A stretch of 64,000 nucleotides of DNA, from positions 64,001 to 128,000 of the forward strand of contig CAWDML010000007.1 in assembly GCA_963803435.1 (NCBI GenBank). Reading direction: 5' to 3'. Of this stretch, positions 18,722-28,606 are shown in pieces (the stretch's first letter is position 1; each line of letters opens with the position of its first letter). The notes under the pieces were generated by a model. That model had not been told where the DNA came from, did not search any database, and saw only the letters and a program-made list of their open reading frames with translations. Both the position numbers and the translations under genes were made by a program. This DNA is from an uncultured delta proteobacterium (lineage in GTDB: Bacteria; Myxococcota; Kuafuiibacteriia; Kuafuiibacteriales; Kuafuiibacteriaceae).

Positions 18722-19906
18722 ATGAGCTGGCAGCTTCCCCACGACTCCACGGACGAGACGGTCGACTCGACCGCCTTCGGGGCGGCCCAGGTCCGCTCGA
18801 CCTCGATCCGGGGTCGCCTGAAGAGCGCCTTCCCGCGGGACCTCTCTGCGTCGATCGACCTCTCCGAGGAGCGGACGATCCTGGGCCGGGGACCGGACGA
18901 CCGGAACGTCCCCGCCGTGCGGGACAAGACCGTGTCGCGCTCGCACTTCGCCATCGAGTGGGACGAGGGGCTCGGCACGCACGTGGGGCGCGACCTGGGC
19001 AGCCGCAACGGATCGTGGGTCGACGGTCACGAGGCTCGTGGCGGCTGGCACCCCTTCCACGACGGCTCGATCGTCCGTATCGGCGACGTCCTCCTGGTGT
19101 ACGAGCGCGGCCACACGCTGGGCGAGCAGGACGCGCCCGACGTCTCGCGCCGCGCCATCCCCGGCGAGGCGCTCGCGATCCGCCGCCTGCGCGCCTCGAT
19201 GGCGCGCGCAGCGCCCGACGTCTCACCGGCGCTGATCACCGGAGAGACGGGCACCGGAAAGGAGCTGATCGCGAACGAGCTCCACCAGCTCTCGGGGAGA
19301 CCGGGCGCCTTCGTCGCGATCAACTGCGCCACGCTCGGCGAGCAGCTGATCGAGAGCCAGCTGTTCGGGCACGTGAAGGGCGCCTTCACCGGCGCAACCA
19401 ACGATCATGAGGGCCTCTTCCGGGCCGCTGAGGGGGGCACGCTCTTCCTCGACGAGATCGGTGAGATGCCGATGCCGCTGCAACCCAAGTTGCTCCGTGC
19501 GATCCAGGAGCGCGAGGTGATGGCGGTCGGTAGCACGAAGACCACGCAGGTCGACGTTCGCGTGGTCGCCGCCACGCACCGAAACCTGTCCGAAAAGGCG
19601 CGCTCGGGAGAGTTCCGGCAGGACCTCTACGCACGGCTCGCGCTCTGGGAGCTGGCGGTGCCGGCGGTGAGAGAGCGACGCTCCGATATCATCCACTGGC
19701 TGGATCTCATGCTCGAGCTCTGGAACCGCGAGCGCGGCGTGGAGATGCTTCCGCTCGACTTCACCGCGGACGCCGCCGAGACGCTGCTCTCGGTCGACTG
19801 GCCGGAGAACCTGCGCGGCGTCAACCGCTTCGTCCACGAGATGGCGAGCCGCGGCGGTCGAGAGAAGATCCGCCGGGGTGATCTGCCCGAGTGGATCACG
19901 TCGTGA
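18722..19906 (+). CDS. FHA-domain sigma54-dependent activator (GAFTGA present, no HTH)
   Basis: FHA ILGR..VSRSH..SRNGS; GETGTGKE; ESQLFGHVKGAFTGA; LFLDEIG; ends just after the AAA+ domain. Confidence 0.88.
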   Translation: MSWQLPHDSTDETVDSTAFGAAQVRSTSIRGRLKSAFPRDLSASIDLSEERTILGRGPDDRNVPAVRDKTVSRSHFAIEWDEGLGTHVGRDLGSRNGSWVDGHEARGGWHPFHDGSIVRIGDVLLVYERGHTLGEQDAPDVSRRAIPGEALAIRRLRASMARAAPDVSPALITGETGTGKELIANELHQLSGRPGAFVAINCATLGEQLIESQLFGHVKGAFTGATNDHEGLFRAAEGGTLFLDEIGEMPMPLQPKLLRAIQEREVMAVGSTKTTQVDVRVVAATHRNLSEKARSGEFRQDLYARLALWELAVPAVRERRSDIIHWLDLMLELWNRERGVEMLPLDFTADAAETLLSVDWPENLRGVNRFVHEMASRGGREKIRRGDLPEWITS

Positions 19907-19915
19907 GCGGGTCCG

Positions 19916-21625
19916 GTGGTATGCTCGCCGCCCGTGGGCTCCGCTGACGACCGAATCGGCGCACAACATCCAGGTACCCGGTACCTGCTGGTGCGCGGGA
20001 AGAGCACCGCGCTTCGCCATGCCCTTCCGCCGTTCGGAACCATCTCGATCGGGCGTTCCGAGAAGAACGACGTCACGGTGAACGAGCCGGGCGTCGCCGA
20101 CGAGCACCTGATCATCCACGTCGACTTCGGGATCGGCGTTCAGGCCGTCGACAAGGACTCCGAGGTGGACGTCCGCGGGAGCGTGAGCGCCCTTCCCACC
20201 GGCAAGACCGTCGACGTGGCGATGGAGGATCGGGTCCGGATCGGAACGGTCGAGATCGGGTTCGCCTCGCACGAGCCGTCACGACGCCGGCACCGGCTCT
20301 GGTCGCCCTCGTACTTCGAGGAGCGCTTGGGCGAAGAGATGCAGAAGAGCGAGCAGCCGTTGCTGACGGTGGTCCGGTTCGCGATCGAGGGGCTGCCGGA
20401 GGACGCGATCGAGTCGGCCCTCTACGAGCGGCTCCAGTCCGGCCAGATCGTCACCGAGATCGGCGCCGGGGACTACGCGGTGCTGGCGCTGGGCCTGTCC
20501 GAAGAGGCCGCGCAGTCGCTGGCCGGCCAGATCGCGAAGGCGCTGGCCGAGCTCGGCGGTGAGGTCGCCTTCGGGACTGCGGTCCCTGCCGACGGGGACG
20601 CCGCTAGCCTCCTGGACCTGGCTGAGCGGCGGATCAAGCGCGCCTCCACTGCGACCGCCGCGATGCGCGTGGTGATGGACTCGGAGCAGATGCAGCGGGT
20701 CGAGAGCCTGGTCGACCAGGTGGCGAAGACCTCGAGCCACGTCTTGATCCTGGGCGAGACCGGCGCCGGAAAGGACGTGGTCGCGCAGATGATCCACGAT
20801 CGCTCCGATCGCGCCGGGCGACCCTTCGTGCGGATCAACTGCGTCGATCTCGGCGATCGTTCGATCGAGGATCATCAGGGCGAGGAGGGGCAGCCGCTCC
20901 TCGCGCGTGCGCAAGGTGGAACGCTGCTCCTCGACGAGGTCGTCGGCCTCTCGCCGCGGGCGCAGCTCAGCCTGGGTCATCTCCTCGAGAAGTGGGCGGC
21001 GCAGAGTCGCAGCTCACGGCGGCAGGCGGTCCGCGTGATCGCGACCAGCAACCAGGATCTGGAGGGCGCGGTGGAGGAGGGGCAGTTCCGCAAGGACCTC
21101 TTCTTCCGCCTGAACCGGGTCACCATCGACGTGCCGCCGCTCCGCGATCGGATGGACGAGCTCCGCGCGCTGGCTCGGAGCTTCCTCGACCGGACCGAGG
21201 GTGCGCGCGTCATCGACGAGAGCGTGTTCGCAGCGCTCGACGGCTATGACTGGCCGGGCAACGTCCGCGAGCTCAGGAACGTCATCGAGCGGGCATCGAT
21301 GATGGCGAAGAGCGACCGCATCACGCTCGCCGATCTTCCGGAGCAGGTTCGAGGCGGCCACAGCGCGCCGCCACCTCCCGCGACGACCCACCCCGACGCG
21401 CCACGGCCGAGAGGACCGACGCGCGAGCAGAGCCCCCAGGCCCTGACGCTCCGCGAGGAGATGGCCGAGCTGGAGAAGCGCCGGATCCTCGAGGCGCTCG
21501 ACAAGTATCCGACCCAGACCGACGCGGCCAAGGCCCTCGACATCCCGCTGCGGACGTTCCTCAACCGCTTGGATGCATTAGGAATTCCGCGCGCACGCAA
21601 GGCGAAGAAGACGCCGCTGGATTGA
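19916..21625 (+). CDS. Atypical NtrC-type AAA+ regulator (degenerate FHA, GGDEF-like region, no GAFTGA, Fis-type HTH)
   Basis: GETGAGKD, LLLDEV, RKDLFFRL, WPGNVRELRN, HTH TQTDAAKALDIPLRTFLNRL. Confidence 0.8.
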   Translation: MVCSPPVGSADDRIGAQHPGTRYLLVRGKSTALRHALPPFGTISIGRSEKNDVTVNEPGVADEHLIIHVDFGIGVQAVDKDSEVDVRGSVSALPTGKTVDVAMEDRVRIGTVEIGFASHEPSRRRHRLWSPSYFEERLGEEMQKSEQPLLTVVRFAIEGLPEDAIESALYERLQSGQIVTEIGAGDYAVLALGLSEEAAQSLAGQIAKALAELGGEVAFGTAVPADGDAASLLDLAERRIKRASTATAAMRVVMDSEQMQRVESLVDQVAKTSSHVLILGETGAGKDVVAQMIHDRSDRAGRPFVRINCVDLGDRSIEDHQGEEGQPLLARAQGGTLLLDEVVGLSPRAQLSLGHLLEKWAAQSRSSRRQAVRVIATSNQDLEGAVEEGQFRKDLFFRLNRVTIDVPPLRDRMDELRALARSFLDRTEGARVIDESVFAALDGYDWPGNVRELRNVIERASMMAKSDRITLADLPEQVRGGHSAPPPPATTHPDAPRPRGPTREQSPQALTLREEMAELEKRRILEALDKYPTQTDAAKALDIPLRTFLNRLDALGIPRARKAKKTPLD

Positions 21626-21628
21626 CTT

Positions 21629-21652
21629 TTTATAACGAACGTTCGAAATAAA
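21629..21652. promoter_or_regulatory. Palindromic putative TetR operator
   Basis: TTTAT-aa-CGAACGTTCG-aa-ATAAA just upstream of the tetR start; TTGACT at 21622. Confidence 0.6.
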
Positions 21653-21657
21653 TCCCG

Positions 21658-22224
21658 GTGCCGCGGGTCGTCGATCACCAACAATATCGGCAGGAGCTGC
21701 TCGAGACCTGCATCGGGCTGTTTGCGCAAGAGGGCTACACCGCGCTGACGATGCGGAGGATCGCGACCGCGCTCAGCGTGTCCACCGGGACGCTGTACCA
21801 CTACTTCCCGAACAAGGAGGCGCTCTTCCTCGGCGTGGTGACCGAGGTGGCGCGGCAGGACCTGGAGGCCGCCGCGGGCGCGATCGCCTCCGACCTCCCC
21901 GAGTCGATGCTGCCGCAGCTGATCCTTGGCTTCGTCGAACAGAAGGAGCACTGGTTCCTCCAGCAACACCTCGTGTTCTGCGAGTACCTCCGCAACAAGA
22001 AGCCCCGCGAGATCCGGAGCGATCCGACGCTTCGTGAGGCCGCCAAGACCTATCACGCCACCGTCGCGCGGATCCTCGGGATCGATCCCGAGCAAGCCAA
22101 GACGATCCTCTTCTTCCTGAAGGGTCTGATCATCGAGCGGTTCTTCGACGGCGGAACCACCACGTTCGAGAGCCAGGAGAGCTACGTGCGCGCGCTGCTC
22201 GAGCACATGAAGGAGGCTGCATGA
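21658..22224 (+). CDS. TetR/AcrR-family regulator
   Basis: GYTALTMRRIATALSVSTGTLYHYFPNKEALF. Confidence 0.92.
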   Translation: MPRVVDHQQYRQELLETCIGLFAQEGYTALTMRRIATALSVSTGTLYHYFPNKEALFLGVVTEVARQDLEAAAGAIASDLPESMLPQLILGFVEQKEHWFLQQHLVFCEYLRNKKPREIRSDPTLREAAKTYHATVARILGIDPEQAKTILFFLKGLIIERFFDGGTTTFESQESYVRALLEHMKEAA

Positions 22225-23567
22225 TCTTCCGGACCCAGCCCGAGACGCCCCGCCCCCCCGGTCCTCGCGGGCTTCCGGTGTTCGGACCGATCCACGAGTA
22301 CACGCGCGATCCGTTCTCGTTCTTGCTCGAGACCAAGCGCCGCTACGGCGACGTGGTCAGCACACGCTTCGCCGGTCGCGAGCTCTATCTGCTCTCGCAC
22401 CCCGACGCGATCGAGCACGTGTTGATCGAGAACCGGAAGAACTATCCGAAGAGCGACATCTCGCAGCGTCTCTATCCACTGATCGGGCAGGGGTTGCTCA
22501 CCAGCGAGGGCGAGCTGTGGACGCAGCAGCGCAAGCTGATCGCGCCGGCCTTCCATCACAAACGGATCCGCTCCTATGCCGCCACCATGGTGGAGCGCGC
22601 CGAGGCCCACGTCGCCCAGTGGATGGATCGAAGCGAGCGGGCGATCGACGCCGACATGATGCGGTTGACGCTCGATGTCGCCCTGAAGACGCTCTTCGGA
22701 GAGGCCGTCGCCGAGAGCGCAGCGCTGGGACGCGCCTTCACCGAGGCCAGCGAGTATTTCGCGATCACGCTCAAACAGCCGTTTCCGATGCCGCTGTGGG
22801 TGCCGACCGCGCGGAACAAGGCGATGATCCGCGCGCGCGATCTCATGCACAGCTACACGCGGCAGATCATCGAGTCGCGCCGCCGGGCCTCCCAGCCTGG
22901 CGAGGATCTGCTCTCGACGTTGATCGAGGCGACGGACGAGACCGGCGCGCGCATGGATGACGACCAGCTCCGCGACGAGGTGCTGACGCTGCTCCTGGCC
23001 GGTCACGAGACCACCGCCCTGACGCTCACCTACGCCTTCGACCTGCTCGGGCGACACCCGCACGTGCGGGACAAGCTGGAAGCGGAGCTCCAGGCAATCC
23101 TGGGAGGGCGCGCGCCGACCTTCGAGGATCTGCCGCAGCTCCTCTACACCGCGAAGGTGATCAAGGAGTCGATGCGGTTGTTCCCGCCCGGTGCGGTGAT
23201 GCTGCGCCAGTCGTTGGCCGACGATCGGGTCGCGGGATGGACGATCCCCGCCGGCGCGGTGGTGGCCTTCGCCCAGTGGATCGTGCACCGCGACGCGCGC
23301 TGGTTCGAGAATCCGGAGCTCTTCCTGCCGGAGCGATGGACGGAGTCGTTCGAGGCCTCCCTGCCGCGCTTCGCCTACTTCCCGTTCGGAGGCGGCCCGC
23401 GGATCTGCGTGGGCTCGGCCTTCGCCATGATGGAAGCGCCGCTCTTGCTCGCCACGATCGCGCAGAGGTTCCGGGTCGACCTGGTCGACCACCGGCCGCT
23501 CGATCTGCTGATGTCGGTCACTGTTCGACCGCGTCGGTCGGTGCGGGTCTCGGTGCGGAGGCGTTGA
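22221..23567 (+). CDS. Cytochrome P450
   Basis: AGHETT I-helix, ESMR (ExxR), PERW, FGGGPRICVG heme motif. Confidence 0.95.
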   Translation: MIFRTQPETPRPPGPRGLPVFGPIHEYTRDPFSFLLETKRRYGDVVSTRFAGRELYLLSHPDAIEHVLIENRKNYPKSDISQRLYPLIGQGLLTSEGELWTQQRKLIAPAFHHKRIRSYAATMVERAEAHVAQWMDRSERAIDADMMRLTLDVALKTLFGEAVAESAALGRAFTEASEYFAITLKQPFPMPLWVPTARNKAMIRARDLMHSYTRQIIESRRRASQPGEDLLSTLIEATDETGARMDDDQLRDEVLTLLLAGHETTALTLTYAFDLLGRHPHVRDKLEAELQAILGGRAPTFEDLPQLLYTAKVIKESMRLFPPGAVMLRQSLADDRVAGWTIPAGAVVAFAQWIVHRDARWFENPELFLPERWTESFEASLPRFAYFPFGGGPRICVGSAFAMMEAPLLLATIAQRFRVDLVDHRPLDLLMSVTVRPRRSVRVSVRRR

Positions 23568-24741
23568 GTCGGTCGAGCAGGAAGAGTCCGGCGGCCGACA
23601 CCACGCCCACCACGAACGTCAGGTACCACACCTGGTCGGCGCCCAGGCGCTGGTAGATCGACGTGCCCGCGATCGGTGCCAGCACGAAGCCGGAGGCGAA
23701 GGCGATGTTGAACATCCCCAGGTAACGGCCGCGGTTCGCATCGGAGGCGCGCGAGGAGACGAACGAGGTCATCATGGGCGCCGACAGCATCTCTCCGAAG
23801 GTCCAGATCACGACGGTGAACACCACGAAGCCGGTCGTGCTCCCGAAGGGGAGGAGACCGAAGCCGATCGCGTTCAGCAAGGTGCCGAGGGCGATCGTCT
23901 TGAGGAGCGACCATGACTCGACCCGGCGGACCAGCACCATCTCGAACGTGACGATCAGGATCGTGTTCACTGCGTACATCACGCCGATGCGGTCCTCGGG
24001 GAGCCCGTAGCGCTCGTTGAGATAGAGCGGGAACGAGGACTCGAGCTGGAAGAAGACCAGCGAGGAGACGAACCCGAAGACGAGGAAGCCGATAAAGAGT
24101 CGATCGCTCCACGGCGACGCTTTCGGGACGCTCCGCTCGGACGCGGTGGGCCGCGGGCGATCCGAGAGCAGCACGATCATCATGAGGCCAGCGGCGATGC
24201 AGGTGCCGCCGTCCACCATGAACAGCAGGCCGTAGTCGCGCACCGCGAGGAAACCGCCCAGCGCGGGGCCTACCGTCACGCCCAGGTTGATCGCCAGGCG
24301 ATTGAGCGCGAACGCGCGCGTGCGTCGATCGGGTGGGCTGGCAGCGGCGAACGCGGCCATGTTCGCGGGGCGGAGCGCGTCGAGGATGGCGGCGGCACAG
24401 AAGAGCGCGATCCCGATCGAGAAGGGGGTCCTGAGCTGGCCCAGGAGGAACCACATGAGACCTCCCAGCAAGAGCGATGCGATCTGGATCCTCCGCGGCG
24501 AGAAGACGTCGCTGAGCCGCCCGCCCACGTACGAGCCCAGCATCGAGCCCAGGCCGTAGAGGGCGACGAAGCGGCCCGCCTGCTCGGCCGAGAAGCCGCG
24601 CTCTCGGGTGAGGTAGAGGGCGAGGAACGGGAGCACCATGGTGCCGCTGCGATTCACCAGCGCCACCAGGGCGAGGATCCAGCAGTCCCTGGGGAGACCG
24701 GCAAACGCGGCCCGATAGGCAGCGATGATGGAGCGGAACAT
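23518..24741 (-). CDS. MFS transporter
   Basis: About 12 TM; GGRLSDVFSPR motif A; overlaps the P450 3' end convergently. Confidence 0.88.
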   Translation of the reverse strand: MFRSIIAAYRAAFAGLPRDCWILALVALVNRSGTMVLPFLALYLTRERGFSAEQAGRFVALYGLGSMLGSYVGGRLSDVFSPRRIQIASLLLGGLMWFLLGQLRTPFSIGIALFCAAAILDALRPANMAAFAAASPPDRRTRAFALNRLAINLGVTVGPALGGFLAVRDYGLLFMVDGGTCIAAGLMMIVLLSDRPRPTASERSVPKASPWSDRLFIGFLVFGFVSSLVFFQLESSFPLYLNERYGLPEDRIGVMYAVNTILIVTFEMVLVRRVESWSLLKTIALGTLLNAIGFGLLPFGSTTGFVVFTVVIWTFGEMLSAPMMTSFVSSRASDANRGRYLGMFNIAFASGFVLAPIAGTSIYQRLGADQVWYLTFVVGVVSAAGLFLLDRLNASAPRPAPTDAVEQ

Positions 24742-24832
24742 GGCGGGTCACTCGCCGAGCGGCGAGCGGAGGCACGGTAGCAGGCGCCGGGGGTCGCCGC
24801 CGATGAGCCAGCGCACACCCGGGATCACACCC

Positions 24833-26107
24833 TCAGGGGCAGGCGGTCCATAACCCGGCGCCGGCGCCTGCGGCGAGGGCCTGGTCGTGCCCGAACAACG
24901 CCTCGAAGGTGTCGTTGGGACGGACCGTGAGCGTGCGCGCAAAGCCGCGGCGGAGGAGCTGGCGCTCGTAGAGCCCGACGCTGTCGGCGTTGAGATGGAC
25001 GTACGCGAGGTTCCGCTCGTACTGATCGAAGCACTCGGCGTCGAAGGTCAGCCAGACGCGGTGGCCTCTGAGCTGACGCGTGAACTCGGAGGCCTCGTCC
25101 CCGTAGCAGTCGGCCGGAAGACCGCCGTGGCTGATCTCGGGCGTGTCGACGCCGATCAGGCGGACGGGACCCTCGATCGCGCCGCTGACCTCGATCGTGT
25201 CGCCGTCGTCGACCCAGTCGACCGTGACCAGCGCGGGCGCATGGCAGGGGCTGGCGCCGGCGCGCAGGGTGGTCGGGTCGAGGCTGCCGATGGCGGTGTC
25301 GTCGAACGGGAGCGCGCCCCCGAAGGGATCAGGCTGGGCGCCGCACAGGGTCTCGGGCGCGCAGGCGACCAGGTCGCAGCACGCCGGATCGGCGCAGTCG
25401 ATGGCGCCGTTGCCCTCGTTGTCGCAGGCGTCGCGGCAGCGGTCGACCGTGTTCTCGGGGCCGGTGGTGCACTCGACGGGGGAGCCGCCGCAGTAGGTCC
25501 CGGTGGGGCAGTCGGGCCGGATCGAACAGCAGTCGGCGTCGTCGCAGTCGAGGTACGGATCGCCGTCGTTGTTGCAGCCGTCGCTGCAGGCCGCGGGCGT
25601 GCTCTCAGCGGACGGTTCGGCACACAACATCGGGGGAGCGGTCAGGCCGTCGAAGGAGGCGGTGTATTGCTTCGTGCCGGTGTCGTAGGTGAGGTCGGCG
25701 GGCCGCGCCTCGGTCGACAGCTCGAAGACCAGGTCGCAGGTGCGGCTCTGGCGGAGCGCCAGCGTCGCGTCGCTGCACGGATTGGTAGCGAGCTCGGTCC
25801 GCTCGGCGGCGTACGTGGTGCCGGACAGGCTGTCCAGCGTGAACGCGCGCGAACCGGCCGGGAGCGGGCTCTCCGAGCCCGTGTTCTCCAGCGTGAGCTC
25901 GACCTGGAGGAAGCGACGTCCGGCGGTTGCGCGCACGCCCCCGAGCTCGAAGGGGAACGTGTAGCTTCGAAGCAGCATGCGGGCGAGCTCGGAGGAGGAC
26001 GGCGGGGGTGGGGGTGGACTCACGCCGCGCCGATGCCCGTCGGTGCAGGCCGGCCCCAAGAGGAGCAAGAGGAGCAATCCAGCCCGTTGCACGCTTCCGC
26101 CCTTCAT
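24833..26107 (-). CDS. Lipoprotein: Ig-like (DUF4352-like) domain, Cys/Asp-rich repeats and C-terminal thermonuclease
   Basis: Lipobox GPAC; CxDxCxNxG...DCxDxxCC twice; SNase motifs DGDT, RLIGVDTPE, DQYERNLAYV, GLW. Confidence 0.8.
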   Translation of the reverse strand: MKGGSVQRAGLLLLLLLGPACTDGHRRGVSPPPPPPSSSELARMLLRSYTFPFELGGVRATAGRRFLQVELTLENTGSESPLPAGSRAFTLDSLSGTTYAAERTELATNPCSDATLALRQSRTCDLVFELSTEARPADLTYDTGTKQYTASFDGLTAPPMLCAEPSAESTPAACSDGCNNDGDPYLDCDDADCCSIRPDCPTGTYCGGSPVECTTGPENTVDRCRDACDNEGNGAIDCADPACCDLVACAPETLCGAQPDPFGGALPFDDTAIGSLDPTTLRAGASPCHAPALVTVDWVDDGDTIEVSGAIEGPVRLIGVDTPEISHGGLPADCYGDEASEFTRQLRGHRVWLTFDAECFDQYERNLAYVHLNADSVGLYERQLLRRGFARTLTVRPNDTFEALFGHDQALAAGAGAGLWTACP

Positions 26108-26140
26108 ACGCGCCGCACGCCTCAATCCTGCCTTGCGGGG

Positions 26141-27118
26141 CTAGCGGAGCCCATAGACCGCAGATCCGAGAGTACCGGCGTGCACGATGCGGGTCGCGCA
26201 TTCCTGCATGGGGATCTCATCGCTGCAGGACACGACCACCTCCTTCTTGCCGGTCGCCTTCGCACCCCACTGCATCGGGAGGCGAAGCTCACGGAGCTCG
26301 CCTCGCTTCGACATCGTCATCAGATGGAGCACCTTCATGCCAGCCTCGAGCCCGCCCCGCACGATCTCGTTGAGATAGATCGCCGGGTACTCCTGCGGGA
26401 TCACGACGCGCAGGTGCCCCTTGTTCTTCCTCCACTGGCTCTCGTATTGGCCGAGCATCTGCGCGCTGACGTCGTACTGCTTGAGCGCGCCATACACCTC
26501 GCGCAACGATCCGTGGGCCGTGCGTCCGGCGCTATCTGGCGGCTGATTTCCGTTGAACGTAATCCGATCGATGTTCTCGATCGTGATCTTCTGATGATGG
26601 ACCATGGCCATCGCACCGCGGAGCTCCGGCGCCTGCCCGACCGCGACCGGTAGGGGCTCGACGAATCCCTCGAGCCCCTCCACCGTGAGCTCGAGGGTGC
26701 CCGCGATCTGGCTGGAGGCCGCCTTCGCCTCCTCCGACATCTTCTCCAGATAAACGCGATCGTTCCGGTTGGTCTCGAAGCGGGCGAGGAGCGCGCTGCG
26801 ACGGCTGATGTCCGCGTAGAACATTCGCATCAGCGCGGAGAGCCACTGTCCACTCTTCACGTTCGGATGATCCGGATCGCGACTTCGCACCACGCGCTTG
26901 GCGAACACCTCGTTCGACTCGCTCGGGTTGCGCTTCACCCCGTACGCCTCGCCGCCCAGCTGCGCGAGCTCGGTGTCCTGGGCCTCGACGGTGGGAGCAC
27001 GGGCGGCCTGCTGCGCGCGGCCGAGCATCGTGCGCACAGCGGCCTTGTTCCAGTCCGGCGTGCTCGCGTCCGGCGGCGCCGCCATCACGAGCAGCACGAT
27101 GGAGATCAGGGGAGGCAT
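26141..27118 (-). CDS. Secreted hypothetical protein, possible ExbD-like C-terminal fold
   Basis: Signal peptide; LRVVIPQEYPAIYLNEIVRGGLEAGMKVLHLMT loosely resembles the ExbD/TolR periplasmic domain. Confidence 0.55.
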   Translation of the reverse strand: MPPLISIVLLVMAAPPDASTPDWNKAAVRTMLGRAQQAARAPTVEAQDTELAQLGGEAYGVKRNPSESNEVFAKRVVRSRDPDHPNVKSGQWLSALMRMFYADISRRSALLARFETNRNDRVYLEKMSEEAKAASSQIAGTLELTVEGLEGFVEPLPVAVGQAPELRGAMAMVHHQKITIENIDRITFNGNQPPDSAGRTAHGSLREVYGALKQYDVSAQMLGQYESQWRKNKGHLRVVIPQEYPAIYLNEIVRGGLEAGMKVLHLMTMSKRGELRELRLPMQWGAKATGKKEVVVSCSDEIPMQECATRIVHAGTLGSAVYGLR

Positions 27119-27146
27119 GGTGAGCCCGACATGTTAGACAAACCGG

Positions 27147-28205
27147 ATGGCGGATGTCGTCATCGTTGGAGCGGGTATCATCGGCTCCGCCGTCGGGCTG
27201 GAGCTGGCAAAGAGGGGCGTACGGACGCGGATCCTGGAACGTGCGGTCCCTGGGGCCGAATCGTCCTCCGCCGCCGCGGGCATGCTGGCGCCGCACCTCG
27301 AGGCCCACGGCCCGGACAGCGCCGGCTGGCAGCTGGGCGTGGAGAGCCTCAAGCGGTACGGCCCATGGGTCGACGAGATCCGCCGCCTGTCAGGCCTCGA
27401 GGTGGGCTACCTGACCGACGGCGGCGTGCGCGCGATCGCCACCGAGGCCGAGCTCGACCAGGGGATGAAGGAGATCGCGTGGCAGGTCGCGCGCGATGTT
27501 CCCGTCGAGCTCCTCGACCGCGCGCGCCTCGAGGCGATGCTCCCGGGCATCGACAGGCGATTCGCCGGCGGGCTGTTCTTCGGCAACGAGGCGCAGGTGG
27601 ATCCGCGGCTCCTGATCCGCGCGCTCTCGGTCGCGACGCGGCGCGCCGGCGCGGAGCATCTCACCGGCGTGACCGTGCGAAAGATCGTGACCGAGCGGGG
27701 CCGCGTCGCCGGGGTCGAGCTCGACGATCGCACCATCACCGCTGATGTGGTGGTCCTGGCCGCAGGCGCGTGGACCAGCCTGATCCCGGGTGTGCCGCTC
27801 CCCAAGAGCGCCGTCGAGCCGGCCCGCGGTCAGATGCTGGCCCTCGACGCGCGCCGCCGGCCGTTCGGACCGTTCGTCTGGACGAGCGCCGGATACCTGG
27901 TGCCACGCACCGACGGCCGCGTACTGGTGGGAGCGACCGTCGAGCGCGTCGGCTTTGACAAATCGGTCACCGCCGGCGGGATCCACGGGTTGCTCGAGGC
28001 GGCGATCGAGACCTTCCCGACGCTGCGCGACGCAGCGCTGATCGAGACCTGGGCCGGCCTCAGGCCGTACACCGAGGGCGATCAGCCGCTGATCGGCAAG
28101 ACGGACGTGGAGGGGCTGCTGGTGGCGACGGGCCACTACCGCAACGGCATCCTGCTGGCGCCGATCACCGCGGACATGATCGCGGATCAGGTCGTGCGGG
28201 GCTGA
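27147..28205 (+). CDS. thiO: Glycine oxidase ThiO / FAD-dependent D-amino acid oxidase
   Basis: GAGIIG, SSAAAGML, RGQM, YLVPR, WAGLRP, ATGHYRNGILLAP. Confidence 0.85.
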   Translation: MADVVIVGAGIIGSAVGLELAKRGVRTRILERAVPGAESSSAAAGMLAPHLEAHGPDSAGWQLGVESLKRYGPWVDEIRRLSGLEVGYLTDGGVRAIATEAELDQGMKEIAWQVARDVPVELLDRARLEAMLPGIDRRFAGGLFFGNEAQVDPRLLIRALSVATRRAGAEHLTGVTVRKIVTERGRVAGVELDDRTITADVVVLAAGAWTSLIPGVPLPKSAVEPARGQMLALDARRRPFGPFVWTSAGYLVPRTDGRVLVGATVERVGFDKSVTAGGIHGLLEAAIETFPTLRDAALIETWAGLRPYTEGDQPLIGKTDVEGLLVATGHYRNGILLAPITADMIADQVVRG

Positions 28206-28595
28206 TCAGCCGGAGAACGAAGAGCCGCAGCCGCAGGTGGTCTTCGCGGTCGGGTTGTTGAACTTGAAGCCGGCACCGGAGATGCCCATGACATAGTCGA
28301 TCACGGTGCCTTCGAGGTGCATGGCGGAGATCGGATCGACGAACACCGTCAGGCCGTCGAAGGACATCTCGAAGTCGCCCGGGCGCGTGGCGTTGTCGAA
28401 GTCGAGCCCGTACTGGAACCCGGCACAGCCGCCGCCCTGCACATAGACCCGGAGACCGTGGCCCACCAGCTTCTCGGCCTCCATCGCCTCCTTGACCATC
28501 TCGATCGCCTTCGGCGTGAGAAGCACAGGCGGCTCCTCATCCGGAGCGAGCACGATGTGACCGATGGTTTCGGTGGAAGAAGCGACCTGCGTCAT
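28206..28595 (-). CDS. A-type Fe-S carrier (IscA/ErpA/HesB)
   Basis: GGGCAGFQY...FKFNNP..TCGCGSSF. Confidence 0.92.
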   Translation of the reverse strand: MTQVASSTETIGHIVLAPDEEPPVLLTPKAIEMVKEAMEAEKLVGHGLRVYVQGGGCAGFQYGLDFDNATRPGDFEMSFDGLTVFVDPISAMHLEGTVIDYVMGISGAGFKFNNPTAKTTCGCGSSFSG

Positions 28596-28606
28596 ACCCC
28601 TCGACC

